Both the position numbers and the translations under genes were made by a program. Positions 22,485 through 33,078 of a DNA stretch of 64,000 nucleotides are shown here, one piece after another. The notes under the pieces are model-generated. The model made no database searches and was not told the DNA's origin. It saw only the letters and a program-made list of their open reading frames with translations. Position 1 is the stretch's first letter, and each line of letters starts with the position of its first letter. The DNA comes from Alphaproteobacteria bacterium (GTDB lineage Bacteria; Pseudomonadota; Alphaproteobacteria; UBA828): the NCBI GenBank assembly GCA_963422645.2, contig CAXXVO010000006.1:192001-256000 (forward strand), read 5' to 3'.

Positions 22485-23985
22485 GACCGGCCTCCCTCAG
22501 GCTGTCGTAGCGCTGACAGTCGGCTACCGGCTTGTGGCGAAGCTGCAGGCCCTCGGGCGTCGGGATGATTGCCGGCGGTGCCGGCTGGCGCTGCCGGGCG
22601 AGGATGTTGAGCACCACGTCGGCGCTGCAGGCACCGCAGTCGAGCGTCTCGGCACAGGCCGCCTCAACCGCCTCCAGTCCGTCCTCCAGCACCGCCGCGA
22701 GCACCTTGACGAACTGCCGGTCGCCGTCGTCGTGGCCCGCGAGCCGGGTTCGCAGGCGGCCGAGCGCGTTGGGCAACTGCCAGTCCTTGAAGGGCGCGCC
22801 ATTGCGTAGCGCGCCGGGCTTCCGCGTCAGGATCGGCACGTAATGCCACGGATCGTAGACGAACCGGCCGCGCCCGAAGCTGCGGGGGTGCTCGGCAACG
22901 GTCTCGCCGTCCTGGCGGATGACGATCCGATCGGCATAGGCCCGCACGTCCACCGGCCGGCCGACGGCGCGGGCCGCGACGCTGTACTGGTTGTTGTCGA
23001 AGCGCACCAGACAGGTCTTCGAGACCGACACCTCGCTGGCATGGAAGCCGTCGAAGGGGCCGCGATACGCCATCAGGAAGGGCTGCTCCTCCTCGAACAC
23101 CTGCCACACCGTCTTGCCCGGGATTGTCGGATGCGGATGCTTCTTGGCGTCCTCGATGCACCGATCCATCAGCCACTCGTTGATCTCGGCGTAGGAGCGG
23201 CCCCGCGGGATGGGCACGAACAGGCGGCCGCGAAGGTCACCCACCTGCTTCTCGACCTGCCCCTTCTCCCAGCCAGCCCCTGGCGTGCACGCCACAGGCT
23301 CCACCAGATGGTGCGAGCACAGCTCCTGGAAGCGGCGGTTGTAGTCCCGCTTCTTGCCCACGAAGATCGTGCTCACCGCCGTCTTCATGTTGTCGTAGAT
23401 GCCCCGCCGGCAGACCCCGCCGAAGAAGCGGAAGGCACGCTCGTGCGCCTCGAAGACCATCTCCTGGCTCTCGCGGGGAAAGATCTGGACCAGATACATC
23501 CGGCTGTGGCACAGCCGCATGTGCGCCGCCTTCACCCTGGTCGTCGCGCCCGACAGACGCGCGTACTCGTGGCTCCAGTCGAACTGGTAGGCCTCGCCGG
23601 GATCGAAGATCAGCGGCACATAGGCCTGCGCCGGCGACAACAGCCGCCACCGGCGCCGCCAGGCCCTGGCATAGCGGCGAACCGCGTCATAGCCGCCCTT
23701 GTAGCCCAGCGACACAAGGTCTTCATGAATCCGCAGAAGAGACAGCCGATCCTTGCGTGCCTTCTTCTCGTTGGCCTTCAGCTGGCGCTCAAGCTCCTCC
23801 ACCCACAGCCCAAGCTTCGGCATCGGCTGGATCTTGCGCTCGTAGCTGTGCGAGGTCGCATCGCCCCGCACCACCTTGCGTATCGTGTTCTTGGAAACCC
23901 TCAAATCCCGGGCGAGCTTCTTGATCGGAACGCCCTTCACCAGATGATCCCGACGGATCTTCGCGATCGTTTCCACAACCAGCAT
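22471..23985 (-). CDS. istA: IS21 transposase IstA
   Basis: Identical protein to 9226-10740. Confidence 0.96.
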   Translation of the reverse strand: MLVVETIAKIRRDHLVKGVPIKKLARDLRVSKNTIRKVVRGDATSHSYERKIQPMPKLGLWVEELERQLKANEKKARKDRLSLLRIHEDLVSLGYKGGYDAVRRYARAWRRRWRLLSPAQAYVPLIFDPGEAYQFDWSHEYARLSGATTRVKAAHMRLCHSRMYLVQIFPRESQEMVFEAHERAFRFFGGVCRRGIYDNMKTAVSTIFVGKKRDYNRRFQELCSHHLVEPVACTPGAGWEKGQVEKQVGDLRGRLFVPIPRGRSYAEINEWLMDRCIEDAKKHPHPTIPGKTVWQVFEEEQPFLMAYRGPFDGFHASEVSVSKTCLVRFDNNQYSVAARAVGRPVDVRAYADRIVIRQDGETVAEHPRSFGRGRFVYDPWHYVPILTRKPGALRNGAPFKDWQLPNALGRLRTRLAGHDDGDRQFVKVLAAVLEDGLEAVEAACAETLDCGACSADVVLNILARQRQPAPPAIIPTPEGLQLRHKPVADCQRYDSLREAGHGAS

Positions 23986-24104
23986 CTCCCCCACCACCCC
24001 GTCCGTCCAAACGACGAGGTGTGTTCATGGACACAAATCCAAGGGGGTCAATTTTGGACGCCGATCACCCCCAATAGGGGGTCACTTTTCCACGCTTAAC
24101 AACA

Positions 24105-24419
24105 ATCTCAGGCGGCTTCCGCTCCCTGCAAGGCGCCTGCAACTTCGCCGGAATGCGCAGCGTCATCGTCACCGCTCGAAAGCAAGGCTGGAACATCCTG
24201 CAAATCCTGGCGCACCCGGAACCGATGCAGCTGATCCCTATACTGCGCTCCTGAACTTCTCCGGCTCATCCTGAGTATCGCTGTCCTCTCATCTTGTTCG
24301 CGACGCGGCGTTCATCATCCTCTCGCGCTCAAGAGAGTAGGCACCCCCGCGGCGTGGGGGCGTTGACGCAAAAGGAACTGGCTTGTTCCATAAGAGAGAG
24401 GGGGTACCTGGGCAGTTAC
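24105..24419 (+). mobile_element. IS66-family right-end remnant truncated by IS21
   Basis: ISGGFRSLQGACNFAGMRSVIVTARKQGWNIL is homologous to the C-terminus of 6190-7695. Ends in ACCTGGGCAGTTAC. Confidence 0.88.
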
Positions 24420-24730
24420 AAAACAAATAGGAACCAGCATGATCACCAGCATCATTATGCTTGCTTAAATACTCTGAAATGCGTCCGATTTCTTGATCTT
24501 TTGCAACATTGATAACCCCCTTATAGACGTAAAGTTCGGCATATCTAATGCGCAAGATTTCAAGGATTTCGGGAACGCCCATTTCCATCTCTCGCTTTGC
24601 TCTACAATAAGTATAAGTGACGAGATGACGTTTGCTCGCCTCTACTATCCTAGCAGCCGTGGTGCCGCTGAGGAATGAATAGGCAGCCACTTGATTGTTC
24701 CCTGTTGTTATGGTGTCGATCTTGTCGTCG
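24420..24730 (-). other. AT-rich foreign segment, probable remnant of an unknown gene
   Basis: Sharp GC drop and an open frame on the minus strand (within ORF 24289-24756). No family recognised. Confidence 0.4.
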
Positions 24731-24825
24731 CTCGGCAAGCCACCGCCGCCCCCCAACCTCGGTGCTGTGCTAAGGTCGGCGCCCGCTCATCTGCGGCGCC
24801 GCGCGAAAAGGAGTCAGCAGCACCC

Positions 24826-25998
24826 ATGACCTCCAACCGAATGCCAGGCCTCGATTTCGGGCTGGGCGAGACCGCCGACATGATCCGCTCTTCCGTGGAG
24901 AGCTTCTCGCAGGCGGAAATCGCGCCGCGCGCGGAAGAGATCGACGCGAGCAACGAGTTCCCGCGCGACCTCTGGCCCAGGCTCGGCGACCTCGGCCTGC
25001 TCGGCATCACCGTGGAGGAGGAGGAGGGCGGCAGCGGGCTCGGCTACCTGGAGCATTGCGTCGCCATGGAGGAGGTGAGCCGCGCGTCCGCCTCGGTCGG
25101 GCTCAGTTACGGCGCGCACTCCAACCTCTGCGTCAACCAGTTGAGGCTCAATGGGACGCAAGCCCAGCGCGCCCGCTACCTGCCCAAGCTGATCTCGGGC
25201 GAGCATGTCGGCGCGCTCGCCATGAGCGAGCCGGGCGCGGGCTCGGACGTGGTGGGCATGCGCACCCGGGCCGAACGCCGGGGCGACCGCTACGTCCTCA
25301 ACGGCTCCAAGATGTGGATCACCAACGGGCCGGACGCCGAAGTATTGGTGGTCTACGCCAAGACCGACGCGCAAGCCGGCAGCCGGGGCATCACCGCCTT
25401 CCTGATCGAGCAGGGCATGGCCGGCTTCTCCACCGCCCAAAAGCTCGACAAGCTCGGCATGCGCGGCTCCAACACCTCGGAATTGGTGTTCGAGGACTGC
25501 GAGGTGCCGGCGGAGAACGTGGTCGGCGAGGTCGGCGGCGGCGTGCGCGTGCTGATGAGCGGGCTCGACTATGAGCGCACGGTGCTGGCCGCCGGGCCCT
25601 TAGGGATCATGCGCGCCTGCATGGACATCGTGCTGCCCTACGTCCACCAGCGCCAGCAGTTCGGCCGGCCCATCGGCACCTTCCAGCTCATGCAGGGCAA
25701 GATCGCGGACATGTACACCGCGATGAACGCGGCCCGTGCTTACGTCTACGCCGTGGCGCGCGCCTGCGATCGGGGCGAGACCAGCCGCAAGGACGCCGCC
25801 GGCGCCATCCTCTTCGCCGCCGAGAAGGCGACCTGGATGGCGCTCGAGGCGATCCAGGCCTTGGGCGGCAACGGCTACGTCAACGAGTTCGCCACCGGCC
25901 GCCTGCTCCGCGACGCCAAGCTCTACGAGATCGGCGCCGGCACCAGCGAGATCCGCCGCATGCTCATCGGCCGCGAGCTCTTCGACGAGACGGGATAG
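24826..25998 (+). CDS. ivd: Isovaleryl-CoA dehydrogenase
   Basis: [59 protein letters not shown]. Confidence 0.95.
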   Translation: MTSNRMPGLDFGLGETADMIRSSVESFSQAEIAPRAEEIDASNEFPRDLWPRLGDLGLLGITVEEEEGGSGLGYLEHCVAMEEVSRASASVGLSYGAHSNLCVNQLRLNGTQAQRARYLPKLISGEHVGALAMSEPGAGSDVVGMRTRAERRGDRYVLNGSKMWITNGPDAEVLVVYAKTDAQAGSRGITAFLIEQGMAGFSTAQKLDKLGMRGSNTSELVFEDCEVPAENVVGEVGGGVRVLMSGLDYERTVLAAGPLGIMRACMDIVLPYVHQRQQFGRPIGTFQLMQGKIADMYTAMNAARAYVYAVARACDRGETSRKDAAGAILFAAEKATWMALEAIQALGGNGYVNEFATGRLLRDAKLYEIGAGTSEIRRMLIGRELFDETG

Positions 25999-26010
25999 AA
26001 GTTTTTCTCT

Positions 26011-26228
26011 TCCCTCAGGCGCCGGGCGCTGGTCTTTTTTGATTTCCCTCGACGGCGCTCGCTCGCTCCGCTCGCTTGCCTACGCGCTTTGCGCGCGGCG
26101 CAGTCGCGCCATCCGGGCCTTTGGCCCGGGAGGGCGGAGGGAGAGCGTGGTCGGCGCCCCCGAGGTGCTGGACAGTAGCGGACCGGAGCGCGAAGCGGGC
26201 CGGAGCGCGCGACCGCGCGCCGCGCCGC
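26011..26228. repeat. Long palindromic element, copy 2 (right arm truncated)
   Basis: TCCCTCAGGCGCCGGGCGCT partial end, then CGCTCGCTCCGCTCGCTTGCCTACGCGC...TCCGGGCC...GGCCCGG as in copy 1, a different core and a partial right arm. Confidence 0.78.
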
Positions 26229-26229
26229 T

Positions 26230-26430
26230 TTGCGCAACTGCTTCATCACGGTGGCCGAGCGTGAATTGATGCTGCCCTCGACGCTCACCAAGCGTCTGGT
26301 CAATCACGCCCGGCCCAACGATGTGACCGAAGGCTACGCCGCCGACTGGACTGTCGCCCAACTCCGCGAGCCCGCTCAAAGGATCGCCGACCGGATTGAG
26401 ACGCTGATGCGCGAAGTCGCGGCACCGTAG
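26230..26430 (+). pseudogene. Tyrosine integrase C-terminal fragment
   Basis: LRNCFIT...KRLVNHARPNDVTEGY (R, H and Y catalytic positions). Confidence 0.75.
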
Positions 26431-26660
26431 CCTCTCCACTGGTACGGCCCCGTTCACCCCACGCTGAGTGGCCGGCGCGCAGGACGGCAATGGCCGCGGC
26501 AAGCTGGTCCCCATCACGCTCGGCCAGCAGTCTGTCGGATTTGACGGCGCCGTTCGCGACGCCGAGCTGCTCCGTCCCTATCATCGTCGCGACCGCACAA
26601 CCGATCGTGGGAAAGCCAATGACGAACGAAGAACTGATCGTGCAGTTCATCGGACGGGTC

Positions 26661-27186
26661 GCCTGGAATTGGCGCCGTCGGCGGCGACGGCAAGGCGCGC
26701 ACGCACTCACCTGCCGTCCGCGAGCCGGGCCAGGGTCGCGCCGTCGGCAGGCCCCAGCGCCTCGACCGAGGCCGGCGCGAGATGGCGGAGGGCCGGCAGC
26801 GCCGCAGCGCGCGCCCAGGGCGTGGCGGATGGCCCGGTTCTCGACGATGAAGCCGAGCGGCCCCGCGCCCGCGGCCTTGTGATCGTAGTGCAGGAAGAGC
26901 GGCGCATCGCCGTCGGAAACGCGGATCTCCAGGATCGGCTCGGCGCCGCCGGCCACAGCCCGATGCCGTCCAGCACGCACTTGGAGCCAAGCGCGATGGA
27001 CGAGACCCGGCCGTCGAACGCGGCATCACGCATCGCCTCCGGCGCCGCGCCGTCGACCACCACCGTCTCGATCCCGGCGCCGACGAGCGCCACACCCAGC
27101 GTGAGGCCGACGAGGCCCCCGCCGATGACAACAACGTCGCTCTCGATCCGCCCGTCCGGTTCGCCATCCGCGGCCAAGCCCGTCAC
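26661..27186 (-). pseudogene. UbiH/UbiF/VisC-family FAD hydroxylase, frameshifted and truncated
   Basis: DVVVIGGGLVG, FDGRVSSIALGS, PILEIRVSDG, GFIVENR and AADGANS spread over different frames with an internal stop. Confidence 0.83.
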
Positions 27187-27402
27187 ACTCCCGGCTCGAT
27201 CCAGAGACCGGCCCATCTTAGCCCGCATGTCTCGCCAGGGTCATGGTCTGCGCTACCAGGCCGACAGGGCGCGGGTCTGCCGGAGGCCTCGATTTGACAG
27301 GCGCCTGCGACGCCGCGCTATGCTGCGGCTTCGGCTGGGGCCCGAATACTCCAGACCATCGCAACGGGGACGGCCGACAATAGACATGATGGGGAGGATG
27401 TC

Positions 27403-28464
27403 ATGCACGTGGGGAGAATCCTGAGACGGGCGGCGATCGCGGTTGCGATTGGGCTCGGCATCGCGCTTGGCGGCCAGACGGCAAGCGCCGATGGGTACAA
27501 GGTCATCTATATCGCGCCGACGCTCGGCAACGCTGCCGACGTGGTGATCGCCAAGAACTGGCAGGAGCAGTGCGAAGCCCAGGGCATGGAGGCGGTCATC
27601 AAGAACGCGGAGAACGACCCGAAACGCGAGGCCGACGAGTGGGATACGGCAATCGCGTTGGGCTATGACGCCATCGTCGGCGGGCCGGTCGACAGCAATG
27701 CCACCGTCGTCTCGGTCAAGAAGGCCAACAAGGCCGGCATCCCGGTGTTCATGCTGGGGCGGACGACCGCCGCCGGCAAGGTCGAGCTGATCTCGCGCGC
27801 CGATCAGGTCGCGCTCGGCACGCTGGCCGCCGAGGAACTGGTCAAGCGGTTGGAACAGCAACGCGGCGCCGTGGCGGGCATCATCCTCGAGCTCCAGGGC
27901 GAAATGGCGAGCACCAACGCCAAGGTGCGGAGCGACGCCATCAACGCCGTGCTCTCGCGCTATCCGGACCTGGAGGTCATCTCGCGCAACACGCACTGGG
28001 ACGCCGCGCAGTTCCACGACCTCACCAAGTCGATCGCGAGCGCCAACGACGTGGTCGGCATCACCATGGGCAGCGATGTGATCCCGGGCGTGGACGCTGC
28101 GCTCAAGTCCATCGGCAAGTGGAAGCCGATCGGCGACCCCGATCACATCGTGGTCACCGGCATCGACGGCGACCCGCGCATCCTCGACCTGATCGGCGAG
28201 GGCTACTGGGATGCCTCGGCACTCCAGGACATGGTCGGTTACGGCACGATCCTGGCGGAATACATGAAAGACTATCTCGACGGCACCTTCAGGATCGAGG
28301 CAGCCGGCGCGATCAGCGCGCCCGGCCGAGCGCATGACGGGCAGGTGGCGATACGGGCGGACGACACCGAGGGCTGGGAGATTCAGACCCCGAGCAAGGT
28401 GATCGACAGCTCCAACCACACCGACCCGACCCTCTGGGGCAACGCGATCAAGAGATATCAGTAA
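27403..28464 (+). CDS. Sugar ABC transporter substrate-binding protein (RbsB-like)
   Basis: Signal peptide, KKANKAGIPVF, VTGIDG; followed by permease and ATPase genes. Confidence 0.88.
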   Translation: MHVGRILRRAAIAVAIGLGIALGGQTASADGYKVIYIAPTLGNAADVVIAKNWQEQCEAQGMEAVIKNAENDPKREADEWDTAIALGYDAIVGGPVDSNATVVSVKKANKAGIPVFMLGRTTAAGKVELISRADQVALGTLAAEELVKRLEQQRGAVAGIILELQGEMASTNAKVRSDAINAVLSRYPDLEVISRNTHWDAAQFHDLTKSIASANDVVGITMGSDVIPGVDAALKSIGKWKPIGDPDHIVVTGIDGDPRILDLIGEGYWDASALQDMVGYGTILAEYMKDYLDGTFRIEAAGAISAPGRAHDGQVAIRADDTEGWEIQTPSKVIDSSNHTDPTLWGNAIKRYQ

Positions 28465-28634
28465 GCGGGGCGGCCGTTCCCCTTCCCCGGAGCGGGAAGG
28501 GTGCGGCACGGGACCGGGCCGGGGGCGTCGCAGGCGCGCCCGGTTCGCGGCCCCACTGCGCCGCACCCGGTGCCGCACACCCGGCGCCGGGTGCCTCCAG
28601 CCATGACCGCTGCGCGCGCAGACGCAGGCGTGCC

Positions 28635-29696
28635 GTGACCGCCGCCGATCAGGACCGCGGCGCGTCCCTGCCCGAGCCGGCGCCTGCGAGCGAGCATCCG
28701 GCCATGATGAGCGGACCGACGCGCCTCGTCCTGCGCAACATGGTCTGGCTCGTGCTGATCGTCGTCACGGTGGTCTTCATCCTGATCGAGCCGCGGCTCA
28801 TCTCGGTCCGCATCCTGATGAACGTGCTCGAGCATTCCTCGATCCTCGGGATTCTCGTGATCGGCATGACGCTTTGTCTTCTGACCGGGCGCTTCGACCT
28901 CTCTACCGAATCCACGCTCGGGCTGACGGCGCTGGTGGGCGCCTGGATGGTGTCCACCAACGCGAATTTCGGCTCCGAATGGTATCTGCCGGCGCCGTTG
29001 GTGATCGTGCTCATGCTCGCGATGGGCGCCGCCATCGGCGCGGTCAACAGCCTCTTCATCCTCAAGCTCAAGGTGAACGCCTTCATCGTCACGCTGGCCA
29101 TGCTGCTGGCGCTACGCGGCTTCACCTATGTCTTCACCGACGCGAAGTCGATGTACGACATGCCGGACGGGTACATCGCGCTCGGCAGCCACAGCGTCGC
29201 AGGCATGCTGCCGCTTTCGGTGATTCTCTTCCTGGCGCTCTTCGGCCTCGGCCACGTCTTCCTCGCCCACACGCGCGTCGGCCGCGATCTCTATGCCATC
29301 GGCGGCAACCAGTCGGCGGCCTTCGCTGCCGGCATCCCGGTGGACCGGCGCATCTTCGCGGCCTTCGTGGTCTCCGGCATGCTGGGTGCCCTGGCGGGCT
29401 GGGTGCTCGCCGGCCGGCTCCAGGCCGTGACCATCAATCTGGGCCAGGGCATGGTGTTCGAGGTCTTCGCCGCCGCCGTCATCGGCGGTGTCAGCCTCAC
29501 GGGCGGTAAGGGTACCATGCTCGGGCCGCTGGGCGGCGTGCTGTTGCTCGGCGTGATCGCGACAGGCCTCAGCGTGCTGCCGATCTCGGCCTTCTGGGTG
29601 GACGCGGCGCGCGGTATCGTGATCCTCGCCGCCGTGGTCATGTGGCGTGTGACGGAGATCTTCGAGGAGCGATGGCGCACGGGGACGGTGCAATGA
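28635..29696 (+). CDS. Sugar ABC transporter permease (RbsC-like)
   Basis: TGRFDLS, FIVTLAM, GRDLYAIGGN, AAVIGGVSLTGGKG. Confidence 0.93.
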   Translation: MTAADQDRGASLPEPAPASEHPAMMSGPTRLVLRNMVWLVLIVVTVVFILIEPRLISVRILMNVLEHSSILGILVIGMTLCLLTGRFDLSTESTLGLTALVGAWMVSTNANFGSEWYLPAPLVIVLMLAMGAAIGAVNSLFILKLKVNAFIVTLAMLLALRGFTYVFTDAKSMYDMPDGYIALGSHSVAGMLPLSVILFLALFGLGHVFLAHTRVGRDLYAIGGNQSAAFAAGIPVDRRIFAAFVVSGMLGALAGWVLAGRLQAVTINLGQGMVFEVFAAAVIGGVSLTGGKGTMLGPLGGVLLLGVIATGLSVLPISAFWVDAARGIVILAAVVMWRVTEIFEERWRTGTVQ

Positions 29697-30436
29697 ACGG
29701 GACGGAGGGGGAGGAGCTGCTCCGCGTGCGCGGCCTCTCCAAACGCTTCGACCATGTCGTCGCGCTCGACGACGTGAGCTTCGAGGCCCGCCGGCACGAG
29801 GTGCTCGGCCTCGTCGGCGACAATGGCGCCGGCAAGTCGACGCTGATCAAGCTGGTCTCGGGCGTCTACCGCGCCAATGCGGGCGAGATCGTCTATGCCG
29901 ACCGGCGGGTAGCCTTCGCGACACCGCGCGAATCGCGGGAGAGCGGCATCGAGGTCATCTACCAGGACATGGCGCTGGTCGACGATCTGGAGGTCTGGGA
30001 GAACGTCTTTCTCGGCCGTCTGCTCCGCACCCGCTTCCGCACCGTCGACCGGCGGCGCATGATCGCCGAGGCGGCGACCTTGTTGGAGAGCCTCGGCCTC
30101 GGCTCGCTGTCGCCGACCGCGCAGGTCGGCTATCTCTCGGGCGGGCAGAAGAAGGCGGTCGCTATCTCGCGCGCGCTCTACTGGGACACGCGGCTGATCT
30201 TCATGGACGAGCCGACCGCGGCGCTCGCGGTGGTCGAGATCGGCAAGGTGCTGGAGCTGATCGGCCGCCTGCGCGATACCGGGGTCGCCGTGGTGTTCGT
30301 GAGCCACAACCTGCAGGAGATATTCTCCACGGCCGACCGCATCATGGTGCTGCACCGGGGCCAGCTCTCCGGCATAAGGCAGACTGAAGAGACCGACCAG
30401 GACGAGATCATCAAGCTCATGATGGGCGCGGGCTGA
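29693..30436 (+). CDS. Sugar ABC transporter ATP-binding protein
   Basis: [26 protein letters not shown]. Confidence 0.94.
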   Translation: MNGTEGEELLRVRGLSKRFDHVVALDDVSFEARRHEVLGLVGDNGAGKSTLIKLVSGVYRANAGEIVYADRRVAFATPRESRESGIEVIYQDMALVDDLEVWENVFLGRLLRTRFRTVDRRRMIAEAATLLESLGLGSLSPTAQVGYLSGGQKKAVAISRALYWDTRLIFMDEPTAALAVVEIGKVLELIGRLRDTGVAVVFVSHNLQEIFSTADRIMVLHRGQLSGIRQTEETDQDEIIKLMMGAG

Positions 30437-30470
30437 CGATCGCGCGCGACGGCGAGCGGGAGGAAGCGCG

Positions 30471-31454
30471 ATGACGATCAGCGCGGAGCAACTGGCGACC
30501 TACGAGCGGGACGGTTTCCTCATCATCGAGGGAATGTTCTCGGACGACGAACTCGCGCCGGTAATCGAGGAGATCGAGGCGCGCGTTGACTCGCTCGCCC
30601 AGCGCCTGTTCGCGGCGGGCAGGATCACGAGCACCTACGCCGAGGAGGGCTTCTACAGCCGCATGGCCAGGATCGCGGCCGAGTACGACAAGGCTCCCGG
30701 TCTCCTTCAAATCTCGATGCCCATGGGGCCGGAGCTCGCGGCGCTGTGGTCGTTGAACCGCCTGCTCGACATCGTGGCTGCGATCATCGGTCCCGACATC
30801 GAGGGCGGGGCGATCTGGAACGTGCGCCCGAAGGTGCCGGACAACGCGCTGATGACAGTGCCGTGGCATCAGGATTCGGGCTATCTCGCACCCAACGGGC
30901 AAGCCACGGCGCAGCCCGCCTGCTGGATCCCGCTGCTTGACGTGGGCACGGAGAACGGCTGCCTTCAGGTTGTGCGCGGCGGCCACAGGCCCATCGGCAA
31001 CGCCCGCCATCGGGTAGAGAAGAAGGTCGCCGATCCGCGTTCGTGGTATCTCTACATCGCCGACGATGACCTGCCGCCCGGCGAGCAGGTGACCTGCGCG
31101 ATGCGCAAGGGCTCGGTGCTCTTCATCCACGAGAACATGCCGCACCAAGGGCTCTGGAACCGCTCCGACCGGGTGCGCTGGGCGATCGACGTTCGCTGGC
31201 AGCGGCCGAGCGACCCGACGGGGCTCGAGAACGTGCTCATCCGCGGGCCCCGGATGCGCAAGGGCGACGACCCGGAATTCCGCCCGGACATGATGGCCTG
31301 GGCGGCCGAGGAGCGGGAGAAGTACGACGCTTGGGTGAACCGCGGCGACGACGGCGACCCGCTGGACCCGGCAATCGACGGCTCTTGGTACTTCGCGCGC
31401 TGGGACCCGTCGTTTCGCGAGGACGGTGCGGCAGCGGCCGGGGAGACCCGCTAG
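30471..31454 (+). CDS. Phytanoyl-CoA dioxygenase (PhyH) family protein
   Basis: YERDGFL, PWHQDSGY, WIPL...ENGCLQVV.GGH, PHQGLWNRSDRVR. Its TAG stop is the IS target. Confidence 0.9.
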   Translation: MTISAEQLATYERDGFLIIEGMFSDDELAPVIEEIEARVDSLAQRLFAAGRITSTYAEEGFYSRMARIAAEYDKAPGLLQISMPMGPELAALWSLNRLLDIVAAIIGPDIEGGAIWNVRPKVPDNALMTVPWHQDSGYLAPNGQATAQPACWIPLLDVGTENGCLQVVRGGHRPIGNARHRVEKKVADPRSWYLYIADDDLPPGEQVTCAMRKGSVLFIHENMPHQGLWNRSDRVRWAIDVRWQRPSDPTGLENVLIRGPRMRKGDDPEFRPDMMAWAAEEREKYDAWVNRGDDGDPLDPAIDGSWYFARWDPSFREDGAAAAGETR

Positions 31455-33074
31455 GAGTGTGCGCCGCAGGAATCGCGGATCGCAAGGGATTGCTTTCCTG
31501 CGAAGCGACTGTGTGATCTGATAAGGCATCGCGTAGCGAGGACGGGTTGGATGTCGACGACGTATCGTCCCTATCAGCCGGACCAGTTGCTGTTGCTGGC
31601 GCCGGACCTTCGGGAGTGGCTCCCGGCGGGTCACTTGGCGCATCACGTGAGCGATTTGGTGGATTCTCTGGAGTTGAGCGCGTTGTACGCGCCGTATGAG
31701 GGTGACGGTCGGCGCAATTCCCCGTACGAGCCCTCGATGATGGTCAAGGTGTTGATTTACGCCTATGCGACGGGGGTGTTTTCCTCGCGCGCGATTGCGA
31801 GAAAGATCGAGGAGGACGTGGCGTTTCGGGTGCTGGGGGCGGGGAACTTCCCGCAGCACCGCACGATTTGTGAATTTCGCCGTCGTCATCTCGAAGACTT
31901 CGAGCGGATGTTCGTCGAGGTGGTGCGGGTGGCGCGCGAGATGGGGGTGGTGCGGTTTGGGACGCTGTCGGTCGATGGGACGAAGGTGCGGGCGAACGCG
32001 AGCAAGCGCAAGGCGATGAGCTATGGGCGGATGTTGACCGAGGAGTCTCGGCTGAAGGAGGAGATTCAACGGCTGCTGGACCGAGCGGGCGCGGTCGATG
32101 CCGAAGAGGATGAACGCTACGGTGATGAGGTGCGCGGTGATGAGTTGCCCGCGGAGCTCGAACGGCGCGAGAAACGCCTGGCGGCGATTCAGGAGGCGAA
32201 GGCGCGGCTGGAAGCGGCGCAACGTGAGGCCGATGACGCGCGCGGGCGCGAGCCCGGCCAGGACCGCAATCGCAAAGGAGGCCGGCCGTACAAGCGCGCC
32301 TACGGTGAGCCCGACCCCGGTGCGCAGAGCAACTTCACCGACCCCGAGAGCCAGATCATGAACACCTCCACCGAGGGGTTCCAGCAGTGCTACAACGCCC
32401 AGACGGTGGTCGACGAGACGCATCAACTCATTGTCGCCACCGATGTCGATGCGAACGCCAGCGACCAGGGCCAGTTGCTCCCATTGCTCGATGGGGTGAG
32501 CGAGACCTTCGATGTCGAGCCCGAGGTGGTGTTGGCCGACGCGGGCTACTGCAACGAGGCGGACTTGGTGGCGTTGGAGCAGTGCGGCATCGATGCTCAT
32601 GTCGCGCTGGGGCGCGAGGGCAAGGCACGAGTGGCGGTGGACCCCGAGACGCGTCCGGCCACCCACCGCATGGGCGAGAAGCTGGCCAGTAAGACGGGCC
32701 GGGCTCAATACGCCAAGCGCAAGTGGTTGTCCGAGGCACCGAACGGCTGGATCAAAGAGGTGCTGGGGTTCCGGCGGTTCAGCGTTCGGGGTGCGCACCA
32801 AGTCCGAGGTGAATGGCATCTGGTGTGCCTGGCATTGAACATCAAGCGCATGGCGGGGCTGGCGGCATGTTGACGCAACCAATGGCGCTTCGCGGTGTCG
32901 ACTGGCGGGGGTCGTTCGCCCCCGCAACGCGCTCTCTACGCCTTCGAGCGTTCCCGGCGCAGTTCCTCGGCTCCGGACCATGAAAAACCCCAATCACCGC
33001 GTTCGGTCAATCGGCCGACGTCACTACGGCCAAACGCCGTTTGCCCGACGCGAAAACTCCTGCGGCGCACGCTC
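31455..33074 (+). mobile_element. IS1182-family element
   Basis: IR GAGTGTGCGCCGCAGGA / TCCTGCGGCGCACGCTC, flanked by CTAG on both sides. Confidence 0.92.
31551..32873 (+). CDS. IS1182-family transposase
   Basis: YAYATGVFSSR, SVDGTKVRANAS, NFTDPES, LADAGY, YAKRKWLSEAPNGWIK. Confidence 0.93.
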   Translation: MSTTYRPYQPDQLLLLAPDLREWLPAGHLAHHVSDLVDSLELSALYAPYEGDGRRNSPYEPSMMVKVLIYAYATGVFSSRAIARKIEEDVAFRVLGAGNFPQHRTICEFRRRHLEDFERMFVEVVRVAREMGVVRFGTLSVDGTKVRANASKRKAMSYGRMLTEESRLKEEIQRLLDRAGAVDAEEDERYGDEVRGDELPAELERREKRLAAIQEAKARLEAAQREADDARGREPGQDRNRKGGRPYKRAYGEPDPGAQSNFTDPESQIMNTSTEGFQQCYNAQTVVDETHQLIVATDVDANASDQGQLLPLLDGVSETFDVEPEVVLADAGYCNEADLVALEQCGIDAHVALGREGKARVAVDPETRPATHRMGEKLASKTGRAQYAKRKWLSEAPNGWIKEVLGFRRFSVRGAHQVRGEWHLVCLALNIKRMAGLAAC

Positions 33075-33078
33075 CTAG

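Larger units (their letters stand above)
21554..24104 (-). mobile_element. Complete IS21-family element, second full copy
   Basis: Same termini and identical translated ORFs as 8309-10859 (offset 13245). No target duplication. Confidence 0.95.
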
